The notes beneath the pieces are model-generated. The model had not been told where the DNA came from, did no database searches, and worked only from the letters and a program-made list of their open reading frames with translations. Both the position numbers and the translations under genes were made by a program. Of a DNA stretch of 37,221 bases, positions 23,112 through 34,925 are shown one piece after another (the stretch's first letter is position 1; every line of letters starts with the position of its first letter). Origin of the DNA: Veleropilina oligotropha (taxonomy: Eukaryota); NCBI GenBank assembly GCA_048128005.1, contig JBEUKZ010000083.1, forward strand, positions 124,001 through 161,221. The letters run 5' to 3'.

Positions 23112-23427
23112 CGCTCAGTTTCCTGCTCAAGGAGAGTCGAATACGAAAGCGGTTGATATTTCACCGACTTATGTGATATTTCTTGAGGTCACGAAATTTG
23201 TGATTTGATATCGACCACTCTTGTGATTCATATTTTACCATTAGACATCACAAAAGTGGTAAAAATCACAAAAGTCGGCAGAATATTTTGTAGGCCTTTC
23301 TAAGCGAATATCTTAACCAAATAACACGTGTTCTCGTGTCTATGAGACCTATTAATGATGGGACCTTCAAAGAAACAGAAATTGGAATCAACTGTCACGG
23401 ATCAAGGTGGCGGTTGCTAGACATCTG

Positions 23428-23758
23428 AGCCCGGTTTAATGACCTAGGTGTAGATCTAGTCCAGGACTAGTTTACCATAGTCCGAGTCATCCGACATTCT
23501 GTTACTGTACTGAGGTGACCTAAGATACAAGACCTAACGCTAGCCTAGTCCGCTCTCCTAAAATTCAATTAACTGTTTAGTCGTTGAACAAGTCCTGGAC
23601 TTTTATCAGCTAAGCGTGGATCTGTTCTGAGGTGGCCTAGGATACAAGACGTAACGCAGGTCAGAACTGGCATAGTCCGCTCTCCTAAAATGTTTAGAAC
23701 TGTTTATTTTTTTAACAAGTCCAAAACTAGACCTACACGTAGCTCATAAAACCAATCA
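23428..23758. mobile_element. PIF/Harbinger-like MITE
   Basis: Imperfect TIRs of about 45 bp (GGTTT(A/T)ATGA(C/G)CTA(G/C)GTGTAG(A/G)TCTAGT..GGACT). CTG on both sides (23425-27, 23759-61). Internal direct repeat of about 120 bp. Confidence 0.7.
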
Positions 23759-23825
23759 CTGGAGACTACTAGCATACCAGCAGACATGGACATATATTAT
23801 AAAACAGGGAATATAGGCCAGAACA

Positions 23826-25890
23826 GACTTACTTACTTAGGCATGTCCACCACCCCCCCCCCCCCTCCCCCCAATGAGGAGAATATGCTATCGCGACGCT
23901 TCTCCATCGGGCTCTACTCTTGGCTGTCCTTCCTGCCTTTGCTCAGCTGTTCCCTTTTCTCTTCAGCTCCGCCTCCATGTCTCGCCTCCAGCTGTTTCTG
24001 GGGCTTTCCCTCTTTCATTTGCCCTGCGGGTTCCAGATTAGGGCCTGGCATATGATGTTGGTTGTAGGTTTCCATAGGGTGTGTCCAATCCAGTCCCACT
24101 TCCTTCTGTTTGGCAACTGGCTCCTGCCCCGCCCTTTGCCACACCTCCTCGTTGCTTATTTTATCCGGCCGTCTGTTCCTGCCTGCTGTGGTTTAACCAA
24201 TTTGAACCTCGAAACTGTCCGACTGCGGCCCGCATGTGTTACCCTACATGACATGTCGTGATAGATACATTCGATTAGGGATATGAGCTTCTTGGGTGGT
24301 CCGTAGTGCTTCAACGGCTTCCAAATCACCTCTATGTCCACGCTGTATAACACTTTCCCGTAGTCTATGCATTTAATGTAGAGGGGAAGTTCCACTTCAA
24401 TGACTGCTCCACGATGGTGCGCTGACTTGCAATTCGGTCGACACAAGATCCATTTCTTCTGAAACCTGCCTGCTAGTTTCGGAGCTTGGCGTCCACTGCT
24501 TCTTTCATTCTTTCCAAAAGAACTCTGTTTTGGAAGGCATTTGCCGGGCACTGGTGGAATAATGATCCCTCGGTAGTTGCGCCAGTCCCTGATATCGCCC
24601 TTCTTCGGTAGCTTCATGAGGATTCTTACCTTCCAATCGGCCGGGATTTTTTCCTCTTTCCAGATTTTGTTGAAGAGGCTGTGCAGCATGTTGATGGCTG
24701 TCCTCATATAAGCTTTGAAAGCTTCTGCTGGTATCTCTTCTGCTCTTCTGTTGTCGTGAGTGGGTTCACATTCTTAGTCTTTACTGGTTTGTCTGCTTGA
24801 ATAGGTCTCTCACGTTTCCATCAGTTTCTTCTGCTTATCTGACCAGGCTGTAAATGTGGTCCATCTTATCTTTCCTGATGCTTTACTTTGCTTCTTTGTC
24901 TGCAGCAGTGTACTCTTTCTGCGCTTTGTGTTTTGTTTTGTTCTTGCCCAGGACCTCTTCACATGTGTCGTATCAGAGTTTCTTGGTGTGTTCTCACTGT
25001 CTCTCGATGTCTGTCTCAGCATCTTCGTACAGATTTGTAGCGACTGAATCCTGTTGGAGAAACAGCTGCAATGCCGTCAGTACATCTCTTTTCGTAAGCA
25101 ATCCCTCATTGTATCTTGTGCGCCCGTTAGTTTTAATGGACTGCTTCTTGTGTCTGAGCCTTGCTGTCATCATTAGAAGATAGTGATCTGATGGCACGTC
25201 GGCATCACGCGTACATCACGCCACGATCTCCTGAACTTCAGGCTGATACATGTATGGTCGATCTGGTTCTCTGTGATGTGGTCTGTGGACCCCCACTTGG
25301 CTTTGTTGATCTTCTTGTGGGGAAGGATGCTTCCTCATATAACCAGCAAGTTCAGAGAGCACAGGTCTGCAAAGTGTTCACCATTTTCATTCAGCAGTAC
25401 CAATCCATGACCTGCTCATAGGCCGCGTCTTATGATCTTATCTTAACGTAAAAAGTCGCCCATGAAGATTGTTATGTCTTTTGCCCCTTTTCTGCCTAAC
25501 ACACCCTGCATTTGATGATAAAAGTTTATTTCGTCGCCAGTTTCATTTATGAGAGCATGTCACTGGATGACGTTCCGTTTGATGTTACTCTTCTTGGTGG
25601 CGACGTTGCCCGTGATGATGCGTCAACTGTCAGGTTCCCAGCCAAGGAGCGCATGCTGTGCCTCTGATGCCAGCATCAGGGCCACGCTCTGTGTTGGGGC
25701 TCCCTCTTCTGTGTGTTCAGTGTATAGTAGCGTCTCTCCAGATGTTAGTCTCAGCTGGCCTGTATGTAGCCATATTACCTCGCTCAAACTCAGGAGTGAG
25801 ATGTAGTTCCTGTCCTGTGCTACCTGGACGGTCCACCATGTTTCATACAACCGGAACAGACTTTTGTTAATATCCTTTGTGATTGATGTC
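23826..25890 (-). mobile_element. Degenerate RTE-clade LINE (AP endonuclease + RT remnants)
   Basis: RLYETW..GQLRLTSGETLLY..VALML..ALLGWEP and SDHYLL (endonuclease); LFNKIWKEEKIPADW..KLPKKGD..NYRGI (RT); (TAAG)n 3' tail at about 23827-23840. Confidence 0.9.
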
Positions 25891-26689
25891 ACCAGATTGT
25901 GCAGAGGTCGTGCACTTCTTGCGCTCTTTGAATTTATCCGAGTAGCATGATGTATATTGCGCCTATATCGTTCATCAAAATGGCGGAGAAGCTGTACCTG
26001 ATGGGCCTGGTTTCGTCATTAATTGACAATATTTCAGAGTCGGCACCAGATAATGGTAAATCTGAATAAATATTCTCGTACCATGTCAAATACACTAGTT
26101 CATCAAATTCCAGATAGTGACTTTAACGCTGATCGGATATCGTCCTAAGTACGGAAGCTTTATCAGCTACAGAACGTTACAACAAGCGAACGATCGAGCG
26201 TGAACTTTCGTCACATCCACCTATTATGATGATAACAGATGATCGAGTCTTTGTGCGAACTACGAAAGGACGAAAATGTGTAAGGTGGTTCGTTGATAGT
26301 GACATAATAGAAGGCAAATTACCGACATGTAACTTCAAATGACACATGTACAAATTTATTGGCAAAAGATACATTGCATGCATCACCGATATCGATGCGC
26401 GATACTTTGGAGAAACGTTCTCGCAGAAAAACGACATCACGATCTAAGTGTTACATAGTGCAGACAAGGAATGGACGATTATAAAGTTTCATTATAAGTT
26501 TCCCCATTGAGCCACTGGTTGCGAATATTTCATGGAAGTATCTTAATTGCAAATGAAATCAGGCAACATGTAGTTCGATCACTCATGCACAATCCATTTT
26601 GGCAATATGGTACACACCTAAGTATTTATGTTAGTAACGTGGACCAATATTGTGCAAGGTATGTGGACCATATTGCTTATGCAACAATA

Positions 26690-27490
26690 TAACAATAACA
26701 TGGTTTTGAAGGGCGTCGTGCTGTTTTATTGGCCCGAAATGAATGATTATTGGCCCGACAGTCTTGACTGGAGGGCCTATAATCATTCATGAAGGGCCAA
26801 TAAAACAGCACGACGCACGCCAAAACCATGTTATTACTATTATTATCAGATACTAGGCTATAAAAGGGTAGTTTGCACTTTAGTGGGCGCAAAAAGATTT
26901 CTTCCGCACGTAGATTATGTTTGTTATGCGTGTTCATTTCATTTCAAAGTGGTAGTCATTTTTTTGTCGCTTCGAATCAATTTTCGATGGAATTTAACAA
27001 ATTAAAGTTGCATTTTTATAAAATCATTCTTAAAAGGTGTTTAGAAATGATAAAATTTACGAAGCCAACACATTTATCATGATTTCTGGTGCTTTCTTAT
27101 ATCATTTGGTGAACTAAATTTAGTCTTGTCTCTTATGCGTTCCTCATGAAAAAATATTAATTCTTATAAATGGCACATGTTTATAAAATACAATCTCTTA
27201 ATTACCTTATTTTGATGACAATACGACTACGATTTTGGAAGTTATTTCATGAATATAAAACAATTAATTACTAATCCACAGTGTGATTATATTGCAAATT
27301 CTACCAATTGTAAATGTCGTCTGCTAAAATTTGCGTTAATGGCACCGGTCAAATGATCACACGTCACGTGACAAAACGGCGGGCCGTTAATGGTAATAAC
27401 GGCCCTCTGATCGGGCCGTTATAGAGATTTACCGTCTACCCTAGCTCGAGTTATCCTACTAGTAACGCCCCGTCATCTGATAATAATAAT
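26690..27490 (-). mobile_element. Non-autonomous Crypton-like element with terminal hairpin (26694-26835)
   Basis: Long imperfect palindrome AATAACATGGTTTTG..GCGTCGTGCTGTTTTATTGGCCC..ATGAATGATTAT / ..CAAAACCATGTTATT. Internal TATTATTATCAGAT (26838-51) is the exact reverse complement of the far end ATCTGATAATAATA (27475-88). Confidence 0.7.
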
Positions 27491-29330
27491 TAATAACAAT
27501 ACAATCATTGTGTAATCCAGTGGGCCGGATCACAGTACTGTTGTTTCCGCAAAAGGGGAATATGATGACTGGTTATAGACGATTGTATTGGAGAATCTTC
27601 CCAAATGAAATGGTGACCATTTCTTGTTTGGATAGTGTGCCCATTGATTTCGATCACAGAAGGAATGATCAGGAATTGCCCGTGAAGAGTGGTCAATAAC
27701 AGTGACCAAATCAACCTTCTGGAATACACTACTTATTCACTAGGTACAATGTTTATTGTATCTAGAGGATTCGGTCAGTTTGTTGTAGATTTTTATAAGA
27801 AAATCCAAGGTTGATGGAATCGAGGTACAGTATACATTTGCCTCCCGGCATGGTTGCTAGTCTTTCTGTGTCCATAATATTTCCGACAACGCTTTCTGTT
27901 ATAAAACTCAGCAGAGCGGCAGGACATGGTTCAGGTTCAGTCATATGACTAATGGAGATATTGTTGCACAGTTGTCGTGCTTCAAATGAATGCAATGACT
28001 GAAATAACATATCACAGTTGATTAGCTCCTGTCCCGCAGGGGTGGTGGGGCTCCCCTCGTCCAAAACGGCGAAACTCAGGCGCATGTCGCGGGATGTCAG
28101 TCATATCGACGTTAGGCCGTTGGAAGGCTCCATTTTGAAGATTATTGGATGAATTTTAATAATTTTCCGAGATCTGCATACTTTTGTGAAATTTTCCACC
28201 TTTCGTGCTAGTTGCCCACTTTTATGATAATTGTCGACTTTTGTGATATTTAATGGTAAAAATAAACCACAAAAGTGGTCGAAATCAAATCACTAAAAGT
28301 ATAATGTCGTGCTCTCAAGAAATATCACAAAAGTCGGCGAAATATCACAATATTCGTGACCATGGAAAAAATCACAAATCTTGTCGATTTCGTACAAAAG
28401 TGGTTGAATATCACAAAAGTGGTTACAACATCACAAAACTGGTGACATAATCATAAAAGTGGAAATATCGCAAACATGGTTGTAATATGTCATATAGAAA
28501 ACCATCTACTCGGATAGCGACGTTAAACTGAGTTCCCGCCTGCTATGTGAATTGATATTTAAGAGTTCACAATGTGTTCGGTAAATAGATCAATTTTCAC
28601 ATTGCATCGCCAATCAAAGCAAAGGAATATTTTGTTCCTGCTAGACGCCGAATTTTACCTTTATAAATTTCTATCAATGTACCACCAATAAAATTAATTA
28701 AATCATTTTGTTATATATACCGATCCACGAGCAAACAATATTGAAGGGAAACATTGAAAATGTGAGCAGTTACATCTCCAATCTTTCGATTGGTCGTATA
28801 TATTTTGGCAATACCTAAGATAAATGGATCACATTTTGGGTAGTTGGGGTTCCCGACTTCAAAGACCCCTCATAGCCGCACCCAACAATGCACAGCTCGC
28901 AGACAACCTGATTGTGATAGGACAATGATCAAAGATTATGAAAATAATCATCTTGATAAATCCCCGGTGGGGGGGGGGTTATTGGTGGGCCCACGGTCTA
29001 TATTAACTGAGCCGTATGAATCCTGTGATTGTCACTGTGATTGCCGTGTTCGGGTACCCTGTCATAATTATTGGATGTTCAAGTTTAACATGGTTGACAT
29101 TGTAATCGTTTCCGTGTTACCGGTTGCTCACCAGCGTCATTGTTATTTTGCAATTCGTCTTTCAAAATATTTATTAGAAATTCTTCATAAAATGCTCGTC
29201 CTCTCTTGGAAAGTCGATTGATCATTATAACACAATTAAGACAACTAAGATATATTCAAATATATATATTCAAAAGGTGAATACTAAATGTCATTTTAGA
29301 AATCGCTATATACAAACAATATAATATTAT

Positions 29331-29692
29331 TATCTTAAGCACATGCCGACCCAGTAATACGTGTCATGAGCTTGATATCAAAGCAATAAGACTAGTAGTA
29401 GACTACCATTTATTCCATCTGTTCCAGGTAATTGTCCAACCAATGAGCTTAACGTGGCACGCGCCATCAGTTGGCCTTAAAAAGATATTTGACAAGGTGT
29501 AAGACACCTTTCAATGAAGTGTCCACAGTTTCATATCATTCCATGGTTGCGATATCATGAGCAAATCCCTGTTTTAACAGCTTGCAATTTACAATAGATT
29601 TTCATGGTATGTAAGACAGATAATACACTGACACCCCTCGGTGACATCCCTATAACGTCACTCGCTCGGGGTGACAGTGTATTATCTATTAT
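29331..29692 (+). mobile_element. Small non-autonomous Crypton-like element with terminal hairpin (29618-29687)
   Basis: AGATAATACACTG(A)CACCCC pairs with GGGGTG(A)CAGTGTATTATCT, with CTCG bulges. The putative left end TCTT(AAGC)ACATGCC resembles the reverse complement of internal GGTATGTAAGA. Confidence 0.5.
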
Positions 29693-29783
29693 ATAATGCG
29701 TCTCAAATGAAATATCGCTGCATGATTGGGGTGCTCTATTCTATAATGTTTTGTAATGCTCTGTCTGTCTTGATTCAAGCATG

Positions 29784-30040
29784 TTATAGCATGTAATTAT
29801 CCTTTACGAACAAAATCCGATCCTCGACAGATGTATTATTGATGGTAACTGATGATCTGCTCCAAAGAATGCAGTTTGATTCCGGGTTCGTATATGAATA
29901 CGATATAGCCACGCACAGGCCCGTTGTGTCGCAGTTGGCGGCGCATGACAAGCGGCTTCTCTCACTGACGTCACAGATGAGCTGAAGGTAGCTGAGGTTT
30001 TCCTGAACACTATCTGCCTTTCGCCATTTTGTGTAGAGAG
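29784..30040 (-). CDS. Terminal exon encoding a PAN/apple domain (absent from the ORF track)
   Basis: Acceptor TACTTTTAAG, phase 1. Open frame LYTKWRKADSVQENLSYLQLICDVSERSRLSCAANCDTTGLCVAISYSYTNPESNCILWSRSSVTINNTSVEDRILFVKDNYML* has the C-x3-C-x5-C-x2-h-x-Y...C-x-L pattern. Confidence 0.75.
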
Positions 30041-30911
30041 CTTAAAAGTATAAACAGTAACTGATGACTAATATATTTTATTATTGTAAATTTGGTGGAG
30101 TAAAATTTCCATAAAGTGATGTAATGGCTTAATTTCCAACTACACATAATTTGCATTTTCGGACAACGTTGGTGGAAAATAGGTTATATTTAAATTTATA
30201 TGCAAACCAATTTTAACAACATTAATTTAGACGTTAGCATAAGCGACAACTAGGCCGTGGGCCGAGCTGTGTTATTGTGACAAAGTGCTGCAGTGTAAGG
30301 GGTGAGGGGGATATCTCTGAATGTAAATTAAGATAAGGTAGTTGTGAACTCATAAAGTCAATGTTTTCCCTAAAATGTGTTATTTTTCTTGTCAAATTGA
30401 CCAATCAGAATGAAGCATTTCCATTCAGTCCCGTCCTGAAACAGCATGTTACCATAGACGCTGTTTAGCTGTATATCAGAAGTTTATGACGCTGGGTCAC
30501 ACTAACAAACGCATGGGAGTTAAAATGTATATGTTTATCGTTACCAAGACCATGTATTCCTTAAAAATAATGATTATTTCAGTATAAAAAGAGTTTAAAT
30601 AATGTATATTTACTTTAAATAAAAAAATGCTATATTATTTTTGAACCCATTTCTTCCTCTCCGATCTCCCGTAACGCCAGGGAGTTACAATTTATATATG
30701 GGCCTATAACATTACTAAGCCATATTTTCCTCTACTGTAACAGTAAAATTAGATTATATGTCATTAACATTTTTTATATCAAATATTTGCAATTTGTCGA
30801 CATCCGACATATGTATTAATAGATTTTGACAAGAAGTGCATTGTGGCGCGTTACCACGCATCATGTTACAAATACTGTGGAAGACAACACTCTAATTCAT
30901 TTTATCTGTTT

Positions 30912-31190
30912 CAGGGGCGGATCCAGAGGGGGTCGGACCCCCCTTGACGGACCCAGTGCCCTTTTGCCTCGGCCATTAAAAAACTCAATGTGTTAGATTG
31001 TGGAAAAATGATAAATTACTCATACATTTGAGTGAAAATGGTTAACAAATGTTGGTAAGAAATATCGCTTTTGTCCTGTCAAAGTGCAGGAGAGGAGGTT
31101 TCAGGCTGTTGATTGTAAAAAATTTCTAACAGTTGATAGTATATTTTAGGAAAGTTGGACCCCCTTTATCAAATCCTGGGTCCGCCCCTG
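30912..31190. mobile_element. MITE with TIR CAGGGGCGGA(T/C)CCAG and 5-bp TSD TGTTT
   Basis: Ends at 30912 and 31190. TGTTT at 30907-11 and 31191-95. Confidence 0.85.
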
Positions 31191-31209
31191 TGTTTGTTCA
31201 GATATCGCA

Positions 31210-32980
31210 GATGGATGGACTGATGCTAAATGTCCTGTATATTTACAACTATCAAATTCAAGGTTGGACATGTCCATATTATGGTGGGTGGAAAGCCCGA
31301 GGAAACCCACCCTCTAAGGCCAGTTACAGACAACTGTGATTGATAACTGAACAAGGAATGTTAATGTGCCAGCCGAGATTCAAACAAAGTTCTGTTAATT
31401 AGCGCAATTGAGCCAGTGATTTCAAATTCGGCACTCAATACTACACGACACGGGGCGGCCAGATATCATAGAGCAAAAGGCTCATTGAGAATGGTGATAT
31501 ATTGAAAATAACCACTCTAACAAATAATCTTTTCTTTGAAACAGTGGTTGATACAGAAAGAATTGTGGCAACTGTTCATCAAAAACTTCAGTATAGGCAT
31601 GATTGCTACATAACTACCCTAATCTGAAATTTATTCCACCAATATCAAAATGTTGTCGCAACATCGTGTCAATGGCTTTATTTATCAATATACATGTACA
31701 TGTACATATAATATTATATTGTATGTATATTCTTAGAAACTAATAGTAGTCTATATCAAAAGAGTTGTCTTTAAAGTTTAATAAAATAAATACTTTTACT
31801 TAAATTGACCAGTTTATAACAGATAGAGGGCGCATAATTTTGGGAGAGTCGATACAATATCAACCCGTTTTGCTATAATTGATCACACATCAGGAGTAAT
31901 GACCCCACCTCGCATCTGTCATCACTATTTACAATATATTTTCACAGGTTAAGGGCAGCAATAGTAGTAATCTAAATCATGGCGCAACTAATAAAATGAA
32001 AAGGGAAGGATCGATGCTTAATGTCCTGTATATTTCCAACCATCATTTGCTTCAAAGCAGGACATGCCCATATTATCGCGGAGGAAAGCCCTGTCTCCCC
32101 TCCCTCTCCGACCAGTTACAGACAACTGTAATTCTTAACTTAAACAAATGTGTGCTTCCTCTGCCGACGTTTGACCCCTCTACTAATAACAGAAATAATA
32201 AATACATGATCATCCCGAACCTATATGTTCACAAATGCTTTAAATTGGAAACCTAGCTACCTGTAATATTGACTTGTCAACAAAAACTGCACTGTAAAGG
32301 ATACTTTATTTCAGATAAAAAAAATATTTTTGCTCCGTTATAACAATCTTCAGGTTCATACGAGGTCACGTCCATATTATCACTGGAGGAAAGCCCACCT
32401 CAAGACCAGTTTTGGACAACTGAGAACTATAATTCACTCTTGTTCTTGTAAAAGAGAGCAGTCAAGCCAATAAATTGAGAGCCCACACTCGTGTCAACTC
32501 ACCTACCAATACATCACGATATATAGCTCTGCTTTCATTACCAACTACTCCCATGTTGATGCAATTTAAAGCATTTGTGAACATATAGGTTCGGGATGAT
32601 CATGTATTTATTATTTCTGTTTAACATTATCCCGAGACAGCGAGTCGACATACCATGTGAGCAACATCAGACGAGATGAAGTTTATAAACATCTTACATT
32701 AAGCCTGCCATTATCAACAATCAATTTATTATTTAAGCATATCAATAATGTCTTCTGTCAATACTTGTAACATTATGTAATATCATTATTCAAATTGCAA
32801 AGTAACCTGGATATTTTAAAAGATGATTGTCTACCCCATGTATATATACACGAAACAAATAAAAATATTATTAACAAACATAATTTAGCAAGTTTAGATA
32901 TCATAGATGGATGGATGGATGCTTATAGTGTCCTGTATATTTACAACCATCGGATTCAAGGCAGGACATGTCCATATTAT
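31210..32980 (-). repeat. Cluster of four partial copies of one SINE-like family (about 31210-31460, 32005-32180, 32340-32425, 32905-32980)
   Basis: Shared ATGCT..TGTCCTGTATATTT(A/C)CAAC..GGACATG(T/C)CCATATTAT..GGAAAGCCC..CCAGTTACAGACAACTG. Confidence 0.75.
32503..32616 (-). pseudogene. Degenerate exon for N-terminal part of a C-type lectin domain
   Basis: CAG acceptor and GTGAGT donor. HKCFKLHQHGSSW/NESRAIYRD with a 1-bp frameshift resembles CF.......W.ea...C. Confidence 0.45.
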
Positions 32981-33224
32981 CTGTGTTTTTTTATTAAACA
33001 TCACGAGATGTCATTTTAACCCATGAAACGTCACCGATTTTCAATAATGGGAGAAAAATTACGGTGAGATATTTAATCAAAATTTACTAATATTTCCTTT
33101 TATTATATTATTCTATAGGCCTTTCTAATAAATTATTTGTTGCAATTATCTTATTTAAATATCGCTTCAATGCAGTTACAATAATGTAAAATAATTTGAC
33201 AATAGTTTCTTTTTTCAGATGAAC

Positions 33225-33415
33225 CAAAGGCATACCCGGGGGCATCAATACAAGATTTACAAAAAACGATTCCGACTAGACGTTAGAAAACACTTTTTCT
33301 CAAATCGGGTTGTCGATGAATGGAATGCTCTTCCTAATAATGTAGTGGAATCGACATCTGTAAACAATTTAAAAATCGCCTAGATGAGCATTTTAAGAAG
33401 AAGGGCAGGTTATAG
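33225..33415 (+). mobile_element. CR1-type LINE 3' end
   Basis: [53 protein letters not shown]. Confidence 0.9.
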
Positions 33416-33708
33416 AGGACAAGACAACTCGTTGGGGTTTTTTCAAATATAAATTATCTCTAGCATATTGAATAGTGTATTGAAAGTGTTGTAAAGTCAC
33501 CATCTTTTCGGGGCTATAATAATCATTGATCATCAAACGATAATGGGGCAATTTTCATTGACAAGTCAAGCTCCGGCATTAATTAGGACGAAATATATCG
33601 TCTCTTCATAAACACCAAGCATCAACAAATCTCAGATAAGTAAGAACCATCAAATTGTTTAAAAAGCACGACGAAAAAAATCACGTTAAATCAAGAGATC
33701 GCTCAATT

Positions 33709-34925
33709 GAATACCAGCGGTTTCGCCCCCAAGCTCAGGCTAGTTTGAGAATAAACCGTTCGCCCCCTAGATATAGACATTTCGCCCCCTATCTTTTATT
33801 TTAAGATATTAAACTATTAAGCTACAATTACATATTTATATATTATACCTTAATTATAAGTAATTTATTTTCTCATTTCAGAACGTTTGGTGCGGCAGTC
33901 TCAAAGGAATAGAATCTTAAATGGTGTTTAAAAAGATGTAAATTGTGCCTAAAATGTTAGACAATTTGGAAGAAACATGTATAAATTTCACAAATAAATT
34001 AATGTTTTAAATGATCTTTGGTATTTCCATTTAACATCATATGCGTATTAATTACAAAGTCGGAACCACAAACGATTTTATTTCAAAGATACCTACATGT
34101 CAGCGCAAGTAGAATACATAATGGTTAATACATATCAAGAGGTGTTTGATTAAAAGATTAAAAACGGGATTTCAGATTACTCTATACTCAGCCTAATAAA
34201 CTTGAATTGAATTGATACTCAGTAGGCCTACTTATGATATAATATGCAACAGGTGCTATCTAGTGACGAGCACGCGGATTATGTATATATAATATATATA
34301 TACGTCGATGAAATATAGCAATGAAATGTCTTTATTGATTACGCTTACAAATCTTCGCAAATAAAGAACAATTATGGGCGAAATCGACCGTGGCAAAGAA
34401 TGACCAGCTAATCTCTCATTGGTTGAATATTGCATGACCCGTGATAAAGCCAAGACCCGACCTTTCGAGGTTCGGCAAAGTCCGCTTCAAAACGCGTGAT
34501 GTCATGTTGATTAAATCGATCGTGGCAAGATTGGATGTCAATCCAAAATGGCGCCGCCCATAGTGACAGATTTTGATGCGGTGCGCATAACCGGGAGAGG
34601 ATAATTGCAACATCGATTTTTAATTCATAGTATGATGTGGAGTTATCTGCCCTTTGAATACGTTCTTCTGTGTCTCTCGCATAGGCTAGTGTGAAAGCTC
34701 CCACTGCGTGCTCGCTATAATTAGTTGGAAATCTTTTATTAATTCCAGCTTCCGACAAAGATAAACACAGAAATATTTACATTTATTATTTCATACGAAA
34801 TATATATTGCTTTGGGGGGCAAAAAGGCTTGTAGAAGGGGGCGAATAGGCAGGGGGCGAACAGACGGGGGGGGGGGGGGGCGAACAGGCAGGGGGCAAAC
34901 GGTCTTGGGGCGAAACCGCTGTACC
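33709..34925. mobile_element. Non-autonomous DNA transposon with CAGCGGTTTCGCCCC TIRs and TTCGCCCCC subterminal repeats
   Basis: Left CAGCGGTTTCGCCCCCAAG; right CTTGGGGCGAAACCGCTG. Multiple inverted GGGGGCGAA copies. No TSD seen. Confidence 0.75.

Larger units (their letters stand above)
23150..28490. mobile_element. Putative element bounded by long inverted repeats built from ATCACAAAAGT(G/C)G units
   Basis: The reverse complement of about 23155-23280 aligns with about 28231-28340 (TAATGGTAAAA..CACAA(A/G)AGTGGTCGA(A/T)ATCAAATCAC..CTCAAGAAATATCACA(A/T)AAGTCGG(C/T)GAAATATCA). Exact ends and TSD were not resolved. Confidence 0.55.
10665..29000 (-). mobile_element. Outer Academ DNA transposon (Academ-A), internally deleted and swollen to 18.3 kb by nested insertions
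   Basis: Left end TAGTCCATGGG..TA(C)nACTGGGGATTT (reconstructed across the inner insertion). Right end, reverse-complemented, TAGACCGTGGG..TAA(C)nACCGGGGATTT. 3-bp TSD TAT at 10662-64 and 29001-03. Academ-type transposase remnants lie inside. Confidence 0.85.

Noticed and set aside
34256..34758. Minus-strand ORFs inside the 33709-34925 element
   Set aside because: No transposase or other recognisable motif; treated as non-coding TE interior.
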